From the NCBI GenBank assembly GCA_051294905.1, contig CM119373.1, positions 27,342,001 to 27,406,000 of the forward strand: a DNA stretch of 64,000 bases, read 5' to 3'. This stretch comes from Botryllus schlosseri (Eukaryota). The position numbers were made by a program, and so were the translations under genes. Position 1 is the first letter of the stretch. Every line of letters starts with the position of its first letter. Below, piece after piece: positions 12,150 to 25,484 of the stretch. The notes beneath the pieces were generated by a model. The model was not told where the DNA came from. It did not search any database and saw nothing but the letters and a program-made list of their open reading frames with translations.

Positions 12150-13700
12150 CTAGACTAGGAGTACATCGTGTTGATAATTTTATTGGTAAGCATGCCAAAG
12201 CTCTTTAGATGCCAGCAATGCTTATGTGGTTTGTAGTAGGCGTTTGCTGACTGATCATGATTTGCCGTTGAAAAGTTCATTTCATGCCATTCCGATGAGG
12301 CCCCAGCTATTGATGGAATACGACATATCAAATGCCAAATGCTTTGAGCATTTTCCCAATTGAGCACCCGGGTGATGTTGTGATCCACATCTCCTTGGGT
12401 GTGTATGCAGATACTCGGCAGAGTTAAGCAACTTAGTCTTCAAGGACTATCATAGAATGAAGCTGTAAGTTATCTAAATTTGTAACCACAACTAACCAGT
12501 GTACCATACACCACCATACTATCATAAGAGGACTATACGACTTATCTTTGGAATGTCTGTACCCAATTGATACAATTTGATCAACGTATGTCGTAATACG
12601 TGAACAAACACGCGTACATCGAACATATTTCCAAAAAGAAGATCGAAGTTTTGAACCCCATTGACGTTGTTTAGTGTAATTGCTGGCCCGCCAGCGCTGG
12701 TCGAATCTGCGGTTTCGCATCGCGTAGTATTCGATGTCTTGCATTCCATATTTCGGGCAAATTTAAGGAATTAGTGCCATTTAATAACTTTCATATCCTG
12801 GTGTTTGTCGCTATAATGAGATAATTGTCCCAAATCTGGCGACATATGAAAGAAATATTTGATTCACCGTGGAGAGTATAATGTTTTAAAGCCAAATGCG
12901 GTGTGTTTTCGTATGGAATTTAGCATGGCTGTATTCTGCATCTTGCCCTTACACGGTATTAACGACTTTCAGAAAGATACAAATTTAGAAGTATGCGAAT
13001 AGTCCTCTTTTGACACAGGCGCAGAGATATTCGTTAATCACCAACGCAGATATGTTCCTAATTTATACAAATAATTGAAATTAGGAATGGGCGAATTCGA
13101 ATCACAGCCGATTCGTGTAGGGCTAGAATATCCAATAGAAAATTTTCAAATTATTATTTCAGTCGGATTTGGCGCTATTTTCTGATACCGCCTGGACCTG
13201 AATACTCAAGTTAAATCTCTATTCCGCCAATTTGGTATTGAATCCCCTGATTAGGGATTCGAGATACTCTCGAAACGCATTCTTTGAATCGATTTCTAAT
13301 CCCCAATTCGGATTTATTCGATGTCTCATGAAAAATCGAAACAGATTTTATTGGTCAGGACGTAAACACAGGGATATAACACTATACTTGCAACCGAAAC
13401 TAGACCTCATAAACAGTAGCACTGTTGTAAGAACAGAAATCTGTAATTATCGTTTTGATTGCAGCACACCATATGATTGCCAGGATAACGTTGCTTATGA
13501 ATACGTGGTCCTCTACACTTCATCGATGCCCGATTTATATTGGTGCGAATAGGTATATACAGCCGTATTATCCCAGGACAGATACGATATAATAATCCTA
13601 TTAAGGAACAGCTGCGAATGTTCACCGTGCCTGTGACGTTTGATCAGACCCGAGCAGTTGATCAAGGAAGTAATATGTGATCGTGGAGTCTGCATTGACG
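12150..13700 (-). pseudogene. Decayed GPCR remnant (TM3-TM6), apparently interrupted near 13.0-13.35 kb
   Basis: RIIIS..(TM3, shared with the 63 kb copy), NVILAIIWCAAI (TM4, ~13470), VQNF..VFVHVLRHTLIKLYQL (TM5-like, ~12600); heavily disrupted. Confidence 0.35.
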
Positions 13701-15359
13701 TTCAAGAATTTCCACTAGTTGTCTTGTTTGCTTGTTCACGACATCAACAAGTATTCACATGACTTTGTTTGGGAGTGCAATGCCGATTAGGACTTCAGAT
13801 GTTCTCCGCCAAGCAGTTTTAAACTGCTTCGTGTTGCCGAGCCAGCCAAAGTTGGTCTTCCGATAATAATTTTGCGATAGCGTAAGTCGCGCCTGTGGTC
13901 AGATAAGAGGAATATTCCGCGATAAAATGTAGCGTATTGCATTTCTGGAATTGTTTTTGACAATATAAGGAGTCAGATGTGAATATCGCTAAACACGTGA
14001 CTTACCGCGCATATTCATTTTCGAATAATATCATTGTCGGGCCGGACCAAAGTACCGCGTATATGACGAAGTCATGATTTCGGGGGCGAGTTGTTAGATG
14101 CGTTATGACTACGTCTCGGACTTTTCTCACGAGCCTTTATGCATTTACACCGTTTTCTGATAGATTTGCACGAGTCCATTCGTAATTTAGTCCAATGGAT
14201 AATAGGTGGATAGCCTAATGATCTGACATTAGCGGTAAGAAGCGGCTATGTAGCCTATCGTTGTGTCAGTGAAATGATCGCTGGTATCTGTGGCAGTGAC
14301 GTAGCCAGTAAAAAGGAAAGGCGACAGGGCTAGCTCCAAATAACAGAGTTGGATATTTTGACGTCATTTAGTGTCACTACGTCATGGTGTACATGTACAT
14401 TCGTTACGTAACGTCATAATTTGAAAATATTCTCCCTTACATCAAATCTTCTCCTCGCTACGACGATACCCACTTGGATTAGGTCTGGATTATCACGCAA
14501 CTATCATAATTACTGCTCAGGTACAATCATGACTAGTAAACAGGCTCATAACGGCCTGTATAACGACGTTTACCTATGGCAAAAATAGGCGAAAGAGGCC
14601 TGAATTTCGTTACAGAACCAGGCGAATTTCTGTTTTCACAGCGAATCATCCGATATTCAATTACTCGAAACGTTCCCGACTGTTAATAACTCGACGAAAC
14701 CTCACACTAATCGGCAAGCATCGCAGAACCCCGATTTGTCGCTAATTAGGAAAAAAACGAAATCTAACATACATTACACCTCTAACTAGACATCCAATGC
14801 ATAGCTATAGAATACTAGTGTATCAAACTACTTATGCATCAACAAGAATTTTAAAAGAGCAAAACATTAAGTATGGTTTTCAAACAAAAGATAATGAATA
14901 CATTGAATATGCACTGCAAATCACTGGGACCAATGCTGTATGAGTCATGTGTGTCTTGATATCCGGCGAACCCCTGAGGTTTATAGAAATCCCGGTTATG
15001 TACTACTTGATTGGAGTGACTTCACAATGAAACAAGAGGAGTATACCGTATGGCTTGCATGATATTATTTATCTTCATTTACTCTGTATCTTGGTTTGAG
15101 CACTTACACTACCCATACCGATGAGATATTTGCACGAATTTTGTTCACACTTCTCTGCATATCTTGCCCCCTTTAAAGAGTTCACTGGTGTTATTCTGTG
15201 TGGAGAAAATGACACCGTACTGTACTTGAATAACGCGGCGTCTTAGTTTTACTATCGTCACTTGTTACCGCTGTGTTTACCGGCTTCGTCTATCAAAACA
15301 GCCGATTTTGATCAAATGGTCCTTGACTTCCAAAAAAGCCAACCTAATAGTGATTTAAG

Positions 15360-15700
15360 ACGCGACAAAACAACGTCACGCCCTTCAGCTTGTCCGCGGC
15401 GCTTGATTCATCCCGCGTCAAACTCCTCGACCGCCTGTGACGAAACAATGCAATCGAAACGAGCGCGCGAATTCGAGTCAGATTTTCGCGATAGGCCTTG
15501 TTTTTCGCGGATCGAAAATTTTTCTCGCATTCATTCGCAAAATAACTATATACAAGACTAGGTGAGATTAAGTGACGTGTGATGGCGAGGTGTTAAATCC
15601 GGGGATGAAGCGTGTTTTCACGCCCGGAAGCAATAGTGTTGAAATCGATACTTTGAATTATGCGATCGCTGTCATTTTGCGCGGTTTTGTGCTGTGAAAT
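15360..15700. promoter_or_regulatory. CpG-rich promoter-like patch with E2F-type motifs
   Basis: TTTTCGCG at 15483 and 15502, GCGCGCGAA at 15463, donor-like TAG/GTGAGA at ~15560; no linked CDS. Confidence 0.3.
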
Positions 15701-16056
15701 CATAGACGGTCCTTTCTCCAGTATCTGCCGATACCAGTCGTAAGATATTTTACTGAAGGCACCAGGAGTCTAAAGATAGGTGGGTTTAATATTTTCAAAC
15801 CTTGTTCCTGGTTTTATAGTCAAATCTTAAGTCCAAATCGTTATCGGCGTTCATTTAGCCCACTCAGTTTGAATACATGGGTAGAAAATAGGTGCATTAT
15901 TTTAATTTCCAGGATATCGTATATGGTGGAAATTAGATCAGCACCTTCTGGTACCCAATTCTGCTTCCGTGTCCATTCCAATTGGTGAAAACGATTCAAA
16001 CACACTAATCCCTTTCGGAGATATAACTGAGAAGTACATAGTGGGTTCAGTTATGT

Positions 16057-16171
16057 TAGGGTTACCATATTTTACAAATCTGAAAAGAGGAAACTTTTTC
16101 AACATTTTCAGACTAACAATACCGGAGAGAAATCCGTCTCCGAGGTCAAAAGAGGACGTATGGTAACCCTA
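16057..16171. mobile_element. 115 bp hAT-type MITE
   Basis: TIRs TAGGGTTACCATA / TATGGTAACCCTA; flanking duplication GTTATGT (8 bp AGTTATGT if the last A is counted as target). Related left end at 23638. Confidence 0.85.
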
Positions 16172-16959
16172 GTTATGTATAGTTACAATTAGCGACAGAA
16201 TGAGGTGCATACACGAAGACAGAGGCCAGTACACCTCTGGAATATATGTGCTCATAAGAATTGGTGGATTTGACTCGTTTTCCCCGTTGGAATGGATGAG
16301 AAATCGAAATTTTATACCGGAAAGTCCAGCTTTCACGATTTGCACAGTATACGCTGTTGTGGAAATCGACGAAATACATGATTATCGTTTACAGTGGTTC
16401 ACGTCCAAATCGAAGTCCATATTCGGCATTGACAGATACTGCTAAGTCTAAATTCCACCTGAGATTTTTGATTGAAGCTGAATTTAGTGTAGGCCATGTA
16501 TACATTCGAATTATAGATTTCGTACAATTTGAAAAGACTGTACTGTTATGTATATTACTATACGAGATGCAGATGTAATACAATACTACATTAGCCATTA
16601 ATTGTCCGAAATAGTCCCCAATGCTATGAACTACATTACGAAAGTGTCACAGGCCACCGTCACGCAAACAATTGGACAGTGGGTGCATGATCTGCCATGC
16701 CACTATGCTTTCATCTCACTAAGTGATACAAAAACTTAGGTTATATTCAGTTTTTGACATTGGACTAGGCCGTCCCAGAAGCACTGTAAACCCTCAATTA
16801 GATTATTCACATTGTCAGGCGTGCGTGTTATTCAATATCTGCCATATACGCCTCCACTTCATGACCAAACATCATGTTAAACAGTGGCTAAAATCGCAAT
16901 CGCACTTATTTTAACTATGAACACGTTACCCAATGCATCCTGCTGATGCCTCAAAATCC

Positions 16960-17760
16960 TATTTTCACTGGCAGTTTTCATATCTCCCTTGTCTACACCG
17001 TCTCACATCACTGTGTAAACCACCATTGTTGCGACAAATACGTTCCCGCGCTGCGTCACAAAATTTGTGATTCATGATAAAACAAGATGCCGCCATCGCG
17101 ACTTTGTTGCGCAAACAATACAGACCGTTTACAACTTTTTCCTCAAAATATTTGCTTTTCAGTTGGAACGTCGTTAGTCGGCTGGTCGGATGATTTAAAG
17201 TGTCTGTAATGAATTGGTTAAACATTTGTCGGTAGTATTTTTGATTTGTGAGGTAAGACTTGGACATCTTCTGAAACACTCAAAGCAGAATATGTAGATA
17301 TCTACTTTATCTTGAAATAATATAACTGTGTTTTCGATCGGTCGTGACAAAGTATGTTAACTTTGTGATCGGCTGTTCGATTGCTGCGTAGTGCGTTCTG
17401 CCAGTATTTTCATCGTACGTCAGTACTTCACATAGCAAACCGTAAACATCGTAAATATAGTATTCCCCGAATATCGCGTTTATGGATATTGTTAATCTTT
17501 TTTCCGGGTAGCCCTCTCGTTTCATCACATTGCGATGCGCTGACGCGTCACAATGTTCGAAATAATTTTAAGCCATTAGTAATATCCTATCGCTAATTGA
17601 ATTATTAAAGCCGATTTTGGAATATGGAAGTGACTGATCGTTTACATGAACGTTCTCGAGATACGACATACCATACTTTGGAGTCACCTGACCCGATGGA
17701 ATCAGGGCGATAAGGTCAATGTTATGATGGGTCGCAAGAATTGATAAGACGGAAAACTGC
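16960..17760 (-). pseudogene. Decayed GPCR remnant
   Basis: NIDLIALI (TM3-like), EKRLTISINAIFG..YDENTG, CFIMNHKFCDAARERIC (TM7/helix-8-like); helix assignment ambiguous. Confidence 0.35.
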
Positions 17761-19959
17761 CATCTATAGATTAGTTACCTTGAAACACTTGATTAGGACC
17801 ATAGTCTTCTGAAAGGGCCTCCTGAATCGACCATTAAAAGTCACATACGTATTGGTGTGACATTGGAACATCGAAAATACAGTGGTGACTGGTAACGAAG
17901 TACTTTTACAGGATTATTTCCTAATATTCAAGTACTTTTTGTCTACATGCTGTATAAGCGGCTATACTTCAGTACTGGACTCACCAACATTTTAGAAACC
18001 AAGAGCTACTCTTGGATACACTGATTAATGCGAAGAGCTATCAATTATACTTCCGCTGTTTACCTCGACTAGATTAAATTATTTCACTTTGACATTCAGA
18101 GCACTGGGCAGGGTTTCAAATTTTACCAAGAAAAGATAACTCTCCAGGAGTCACAACGGCGTTTCCTATAGTTCAATAACGTTGTCGTACTGGGCGCCGA
18201 AGCGCTAATCTCCTCGTGGCGGCTCGAGAATGTTACCCAGATTCTCCTTCTTCGCACACCGCGGGGGAATACAGGCTACGCCGCCGATCGGAAACTGCGT
18301 TCGCATGTTTCTTTGGGTTGGCTGACCCATGTTCAACTGCTTTTCACATGCGACCCTTCTCCATTTCGACCTCCAGAGCTCCCATTGAGAATATTTGCTA
18401 CTTCCTCCAAGGGAAACTCACCTGGTCACTTGGGGCGACCTGGTGCCCGCTGGCGCCACGTATGTGACCCCTGCCTTAGACTATTTCACTTGTATGTACG
18501 AGTTTCTTTAGACAAAACCAGACACTTTTTACAGTGAAAATAGTTTTGGGATGTGCATGCATCACTGTTATGAGTTCAATTGCTATGACAGCTTGGCGAA
18601 TATAACGGTAACCAAATATAATTTGTAGTGCATGTCATTGGTCGCTTTGCATTAATCGCGAAGATGCACCCTGGAATTCAGACAGTGTTTACCTGCGATT
18701 GACTGCCAACCATTGTGCATATCTGCTCTTTGAAGATAATTGCTTCATCACTTTTTTCATCTTCACTTTTTATTTCTGTATACCTGAAGCAGATGTGAAA
18801 TGGTTACTTCTACTTGTCATTGAATTCAACTGAGACAGGTTAAGTGCAGCATCTCACTTGTTGCACATTAACCTGACAGTAGTCACTAATTTTTACCGGT
18901 CAATGAATCACAGAGTATTTTTTATCTTACACGCAATCACGCATTATGCTATTTTCAGTCCTAGGTATAGATACAGGTGATTCCTTTACTTGGATTGTCT
19001 ATATCAGGTTGTTATTAGCTGGAAACGGTAACCATGACCCGAATATACCTGCTTTGTTGTACGAGCGGTTCATTATGTACGTCACCCCATAATCGGTAGT
19101 TATAGCATTTTAGACGAATGATCGCCTTTATGCGTTTCTATTTCGCTTTGTCACGGCACGCCGCTATCCCATTTCATACACCTCTAATAGTATTTTAGTA
19201 TCGAAAAAGTATAATACTATGCTTCCGGCATCGCTATCGAACCGCATTTGATACATCATAATGGAATTTTCGCGTCAAGTACGTCATCTTGTATATGGAA
19301 TGCTGCGGTATTGAAGGCACGAGACAGCAGTTTCGTGATTTATACGGCATAAGCAAGTGGTTAGCCAGTCATTTATGATGCCGGAGAATGGAGTGAAGAG
19401 AAACATTGAATTCGAAATAGCTCAATATGAATTATATTCATCTTGAACAATTTGAAAAATTCTGATGCGGAAAATCAAGCAGCCTTCCTTAAATCAAGAA
19501 GCAAGGCTGTTCCATGCAATTTATGATGGTACGTGTTAATTGTGGAGAGAGTTCCGAGATTTCTTCATGGATCTCAACTTATGACATAGCACCATACCAG
19601 TGCGATGAGAATCCGAGATAATTGTGAGTTCTCCCGTTTAGATCACATTTATGGGCCCTTTGATGTAGGGCTGGTTTTCATTGTAACAGTTCGCCGTTAC
19701 AGACATATCAGTCGTCATGCGACAGGAATATAGCGTATCCCTCGTAACTTAGTTTGACTTCAGGGAATATTACTCCATCTCCAGGTGCAGCAAGCAATGC
19801 CATCTTGTGGAGTAATTTCTCATTTCTTGATTCATGTTTACTCATTCTTTCTACATTGGAGTGGTATAGTTCCCGTAGGATAATTTTTGTCGCGTCACTC
19901 GTTATGGTTATTCGACACCACGATCTGAATCTCTAACTTTAAACGATTCGCTTCCACGG

Positions 19960-21030
19960 TATTTTATAGTCTTACGAAGTCGCGGTCTGATTTACGGTTA
20001 AACCTTATGCGGTTGCCCCTCTTATTTGTGGATATAATCCAAATCAAACCCTTTAATGGTTCCCACTAATCCACGACGGGTTACTGCATTGAGGTAATTG
20101 CGACGTCTGCATTCGTGATTTTGGAATTGAACCATGCATCTAATGGCTTCTCGGTCGTTTTGCGATCGTTACGATTGTTTTTACGAGGTTGACCATGACT
20201 ATAATTTGGTCTTCTGCGAACAATGTCATTAGCATCCGATGAATTGGAATAGTTACTTTCTGCCTTGTCATGGCGATTTAGATTTAAAGTACTGCCCATA
20301 CCGATTTGTATTTAGCATGACATTATCATTAATCTAGCAACAATAAGATCAATTGCCAAGTTCCAAACCATTACCTGCACAGCACACTTGCCAAAATGTA
20401 TAGGATACGTCGTGTTCCTACGCTATTTTTGTCGTATGAATTTATCCAGCCATCCATTTCCATCAAAGGAATCAAAACTTCGATACTTAATATGTAGTCG
20501 TTCAATCGATAATTATTTCAGAATAATGTCTAATTATACCGATCACATGATCTATGTTTAACATGTTCTGATTGATATCGTTACGTAAGACAGATTAGAT
20601 TGTGATTCGAGGCAATCAAGTGACACCTAATGCCTGGAAAGCGCAGGTTACCGATCTGACTACTGAAGCAGCCAAACTCCACACAGCGATCAATCTCGCT
20701 TGGTTCAGAACAGCTATTACATGACATAATAGTTCCAGAAATGAGCATGGTAAACGTCCGCAGTGTCGAGACTAATTCTGAATGTTTGCTGCTTGTATGG
20801 CACCTCATCACATTTTGTTTTATGACATTTTGTTCACGCGAATTTGTAGAAGTAATTGAGAATTTTAGGATGGGCTCCCGTTGCCAAAATAAAGTGGGTA
20901 TTTGGTAATCGTGTGTGCGCAGTACACCTCCGATGCACTTTCCCACACAAATTATGAATACGCGGTTGACGTTGAGTATTCCATAAGCGACTGCCTGTAA
21001 TTGATTTGAGCAGGTTATGAAGAGAGCCAC
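19960..21030 (-). pseudogene. Decayed, near full-length 7TM GPCR
   Basis: LRTFT (ICL1/TM2), C..HLIASNH (TM3, ~20610), LIPLMEMDGWINSYD (TM4/ECL2, ~20470), LMIMSC*IQI (TM5, Tyr replaced by TAA, ~20315), RNDRKTT (TM6 start, ~20150). The ~135 nt and ~150 nt spacings fit class A geometry. Confidence 0.5.
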
Positions 21031-22197
21031 ACAACATAGTTACCAAATTGTTTTCGAAACCTAAAGCACAGCGACCTACTGAAAATAAGTACGAAAATAA
21101 AGATTGTAACTCTAGGCCTCATGAACAATAAAATGTTACATGTATCAGTATCATGTACGTGTCATATCATGTAGGCTACAATGTACAACTGTACATGTAA
21201 GTCGCCAATCGACCAAAACGTCATTAATTTGCACACATAGCAACCCTATTTGTTTACATTCAAGACAATACTGTTTGCCGGAATTATCCTGTTTTTATAA
21301 TTAGAGAACAGGTCGGATGGAAGATTAGGGTATCTCGAAAATATCTAAACAGTCGTTAATATAACAAGGTACAGAAACGCAATAGTCCAGCATTCTACGT
21401 GAGCATCAGTAATGATACTATATCTACCAAATATTAAGTATATAGAAACTACATTTATAAGTTCCACTGTTTTACTGGTTATATTTACGATAGGTATATC
21501 TCCTTTGTGAACATCCGATTTCCGATAATTTATTAAGTCCCGATGACCAACTTACTACAATGATAAAACTTCAAAGATGTATGGTGGATGCTATTTTACA
21601 ATAGCTCCGCGTTAGGTAGTCGTAGTACCCCAGTACAAGCCATAGATCGTTAGTCACACCTTACCAGTAAATTGATAAATTGCTTCCTATGTATTAGATC
21701 ACGTCAATCATAACATACATCTTTATCCGACTGTCAACTAATCTTATACACTTCATATCAGGTTAGACCAGTGTATTGACATTATGGAACCTTCTATTTT
21801 CTGGTCTGTTGCTTTACAAACACTCTGACGGATATCACAGTATCTTTTCATGGAGTCGCAGTATCTTGTTTACCTCTATACGACAGCCCAGTCATGCTGT
21901 CTGTAACTTAACTGTCGATATTGCGAACACAGCAGATCGCTTATCGATGGGTTATTTTACGTTCAGACACACCTTCAACAAAAAGTATTGATGACATGTC
22001 TTACGTCATTTTCTGAAATGCCCACCACATGTACTTGTTTTGATAATCCACCCCATGTTGTATGGACAGTGCGCGTGACCAATTAACTGTGTCGCTGATT
22101 TAAAGCCACCGCGTGTCGGCCTATGTGGACCAATTAACACGTGCTTTTGTGGAGGGATTACTTCATAGTTCATATGATTGCAGGCCTTGGGAGTTTG

Positions 22198-22225
22198 CGG
22201 CGAGATAGCGTAGTGGTATAATCCA
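22198..22225 (+). mobile_element. Truncated SINE head (A box only)
   Basis: GAGATAGCGTAGTGGTA is identical to 54722-54738. Confidence 0.45.
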
Positions 22226-23070
22226 CAGCTGAAATGAAAGTAATATTATAAAACACGTAACCCCTTGAACAAGTATTTCGTTACTGACTACTTATGGATC
22301 TGACTATAACGCGGCGTAGGATGTAATGGCTTTGTATTAATGATGTATGCCATTGACTCAATGCGATACAAAAGTATTATAAACTCAAATGATAGAGGAA
22401 CATATATGAGTGCGATTGTACTGTACTCGCCTGAAGACTGCGATATATTCAACCCGTTTTAATATCACTCACACGCTCGATTTCCGTTGAATGTTGGCGA
22501 AGTTAATCGTGACAGGTATTTTCGACATAGTACCGAGACGCGTACAACGTGTTTACGTTGTTTGATTCGGAGTTTACAAAGGCAATGGCACGGGGTACAC
22601 ACGTTCATCCACCACAAGCGCAATTACGTCATCTCCCGCCAGTATCGCACGGCTGGGTTTGAACCGGTGCGTCGACAGGCCCCTCTTTACGGGCGGTTCT
22701 ATTGTGCTTTTGTCCTTGCCGCGAGTTGTTTACGAAATTGAGACTTTCCGCGAAATGGATAGCGCTTGTAGTTACGGCTGGCGACTCCTTCGGATGTCCT
22801 CTATATTGGCAGTATCTATGTTAGCGGTTTGTTACTTTTTGTGTAGTCTATTTGTATTTCTCAGGGTTCTATTCTTCGTAAACGACTCCACATTCTTGTT
22901 TCACCCATTCCGATCATTACGATGTTTTGTTGGTGATTTAACTATTCCAGTTGAAAGAACCATAAATCGAGATACACAGCCATTAACGTTCTAAGATTGT
23001 CTCAAAGATTCCAATTGGTATCTGAGATCTTCTGTACATCTCTGTCTCAGGTAGACCTATATGAGGTCCC

Positions 23071-23500
23071 TAGCGTTGCATTTAAAACAAATGATCGTTT
23101 AAAACATTTTTGTAGTGTTTTAAACAATGGCCTTTCTTTAAAAACAGAAATGGGATTTTTAAGCTGCAAAATTATGCCATAATTCTGTAAATACTTTCCC
23201 GAAAACATGTTTTATGAGCCTACGTACGAGTAGCACCCAATATAGCCGACGTATACGATATAAGAGAATTGGAACCCTAAATAGTCTGTTCAAGAGCTAT
23301 AGTAAGTAAATATTTCGTCGAAGGAGCTATATTTACCCTATATTTCCAATTATCAATGTCGAACCACTATGAAGACACAATTGAATATTCGTTATATCAT
23401 GGGTTTAAAAAAAATAAAAAAATAAAAATGTGTTTTATACAAGGGCCTTGTTTTAAACAGGTTTGTTTTAAATTTATTTTGGTTTTAAATGCAACCATTG
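23071..23500. mobile_element. 430 bp hAT-type MITE
   Basis: Ends ..GTTGCATTTAAAAC / GTTTTAAATGCAAC..; internal TTTAAAAC/GTTTTAAA repeats; 8 bp TSD GAGGTCCC / GTGGTCCC (7 of 8 match). Confidence 0.75.
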
Positions 23501-23637
23501 GTGGTCCCGCTTGTCATGCAATGCAGCTTTGTGATATGTTAGATTACAAATTTATGACGGGCATAGCCCACATTCCGTTATTTCTGATAGTAATATATCG
23601 GCGTCGACTATTTACGAATATTCCAGAGTATGTAAGT

Positions 23638-23730
23638 CAGGGTTACCATATTTCAGAAATCTGAAAAGAGGACACTTTTTCAAAATTTTTAGACTTACAA
23701 TACTGGAGTAAAATCCGAAACAATGGTAAA
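23638..23730 (+). mobile_element. Truncated copy of the 16057 MITE family
   Basis: cagggttaccatattt..aatctgaaaagagga.actttttcaa..ttt..agact.acaatac.ggag matches 16057-16135. Confidence 0.8.
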
Positions 23731-25249
23731 TTTTTCCAGACTTCGTGGTTGGTTGACTAAAAATAAGGTCATTTTTTCCATGACATCGGGTGAAAATCAG
23801 GCAAACGGCACTTTTTAGTACAAAACATTGCTTTTAAACCAACTCCGATGGGCTGAAACAAGTCAAATATACCAATTCCCATCGAGATATACCCAAACAG
23901 CTGATATTCGTAAACAGAATCCACTACACACCTACGATATCTCTCTTTACAGATTGCTGTACTTGACTCCTTTTCACTAATTGGAATGGGCATGTGAGCA
24001 AAATTTGGCACGGGAAAGTGCCGATGACAGATTTCACCAATGATACGCTATGATAGGAATCTGGTACATACCACTCCGTTTCATCCATGTATTAAAGTGT
24101 GGTGTTCTGTATTCTATATACAGTCAATTCATGTCGGGATCATATTGTAAAAAAATCGTTTTAATTTCCCCATGCTTTATAAAATGATTTGTGGAAGGAG
24201 CCGTTAACGCACGTTATGCGTGTCGATTCCCTTGTTGATCAATAATGGCGACAAAGGAAAATGCGCAATTAGGTCAGCAGCAGGTAATCAGATTGGTTGA
24301 TAGCCTACAATTTGAGGAAGAAGAAAATGCATAAGGTTAGTAAATTTTGGGATATCTACTTTGCTACGTTACTGCACTAACGTTAGTTGAGTAGACCGGC
24401 CTCCGCTTGCCCATTGTCAAACGTGTTTTATGTTACACCGATTATCCTCACTGGGCTACGGTAGGTTTGCAACTATCTGTCATCAATTACTTGTTTGCAC
24501 GAGTGAATGCATTCGAGTATAGTATTAACGTGAAAACGAGAGGAATCATATCTGACTAAGCGATGTTACTGAGAAGGAGATACTACACAGAAAACGATAC
24601 ACTGAAACGAGAGAAACACTCCGATACTTACCGACACCTGGTATTCTTGCGTCAAAATGAGGATGGTATTACGTCACGCGTAGAAACGCGCGAGAATGTA
24701 ATTTACAACAACGTGTCAAGTACCATGGAAAGTACTACCACCTAGAGATGGAAGGATTCGATACAAGTGCCAGGGCTTTCAAGTGGACATTTATCACTTG
24801 TGGTCGGCAGAGTCTCAAACACTTGTTGCTGAGAAGAATTTCAAGAACACTTGCGTTTGCCACCCAGTTCTAAATTTCAGGTAGAGGAGCACATTGCTGG
24901 AATTCTGATTGGCTAAAAACATCTTGAAGTATATTATTAGACCCGGTTATATCCGTAATAGTATTTATTGACTTATACAACGTTTCCACTCTGACAAAAC
25001 AAAACCGTTGATACGCAATCCAGACTTAGTTGAAACTGAAAGAAACTGAAACATAGACTCTGTCTCGACTGTATGAAAATTTTCCCAACGAAAGTCGCAC
25101 TTGGGTTTAAAATATCAGCTTACTAACAAAATATCTGACTGGTTTTGCGCAATACAGTAATTATTTCCAGCCAGATATAGCATGACCAATGATAGTATAC
25201 AATCCGCACTCGACCAATGACCATGGGCTTGTATTTCGACTCGAAATAT

Positions 25250-25484
25250 GAAGGTCCGATTCCGCTGCATTTGGATTGGATCAGGATTTGAATTGGGCAG
25301 TGAATGAGAAAACAAATCGAAGATTTTCATGGTACAGTCGAATACATTTGAGTCAACGTTCTAGGTGAACCTTGGATTTAGACTCATTCAATCGCCAAGC
25401 ACTGAATTACAAGGCTTCAATTTGAATCTGGAATCTCGCGAACTGGATTCGGATTTGGAAATGTCGGAAATACACGCATTTCTG
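25250..25484 (-). mobile_element. Degenerate relative of the 37447 AATCC-repeat MITE
   Basis: Reverse complement reads cagaaatgcg..ttccaaatccgaatcc; ggatt repeats at both sides. Confidence 0.4.

Larger units (their letters stand above)
21776..23620 (+). pseudogene. Decayed GPCR (TM1-TM5 and beyond) with SINE fragment and MITE insertions
   Basis: IRQPSHAVCNLTVDI (TM2, 21878-21920), VNRDRYF (DRY at 22511), IVLLSLP (TM4, 22719), ECL2 Cys (22767), SSILAVSMLAVCYFLCSLFVFL (TM5); further TM-like segment at ~23550-23610 beyond the MITE. Confidence 0.55.

Noticed and set aside
13081-13330. Bounded MITE with GAATC/ATTCG repeats
   Set aside because: It has a TAGGAATGGGC-like left end, but no matching right TIR or TSD could be identified.
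13690-13770. Cytochrome P450-like phrase VVNKQTRQLVEILE
   Set aside because: No further P450 motifs up- or downstream.
19800-19900. Gypsy integrase zinc-finger-like segment (ILRELYHS..ERM)
   Set aside because: No HHCC completion or DDE core follows; a GPCR TM5-TM6 reading fits at least as well.
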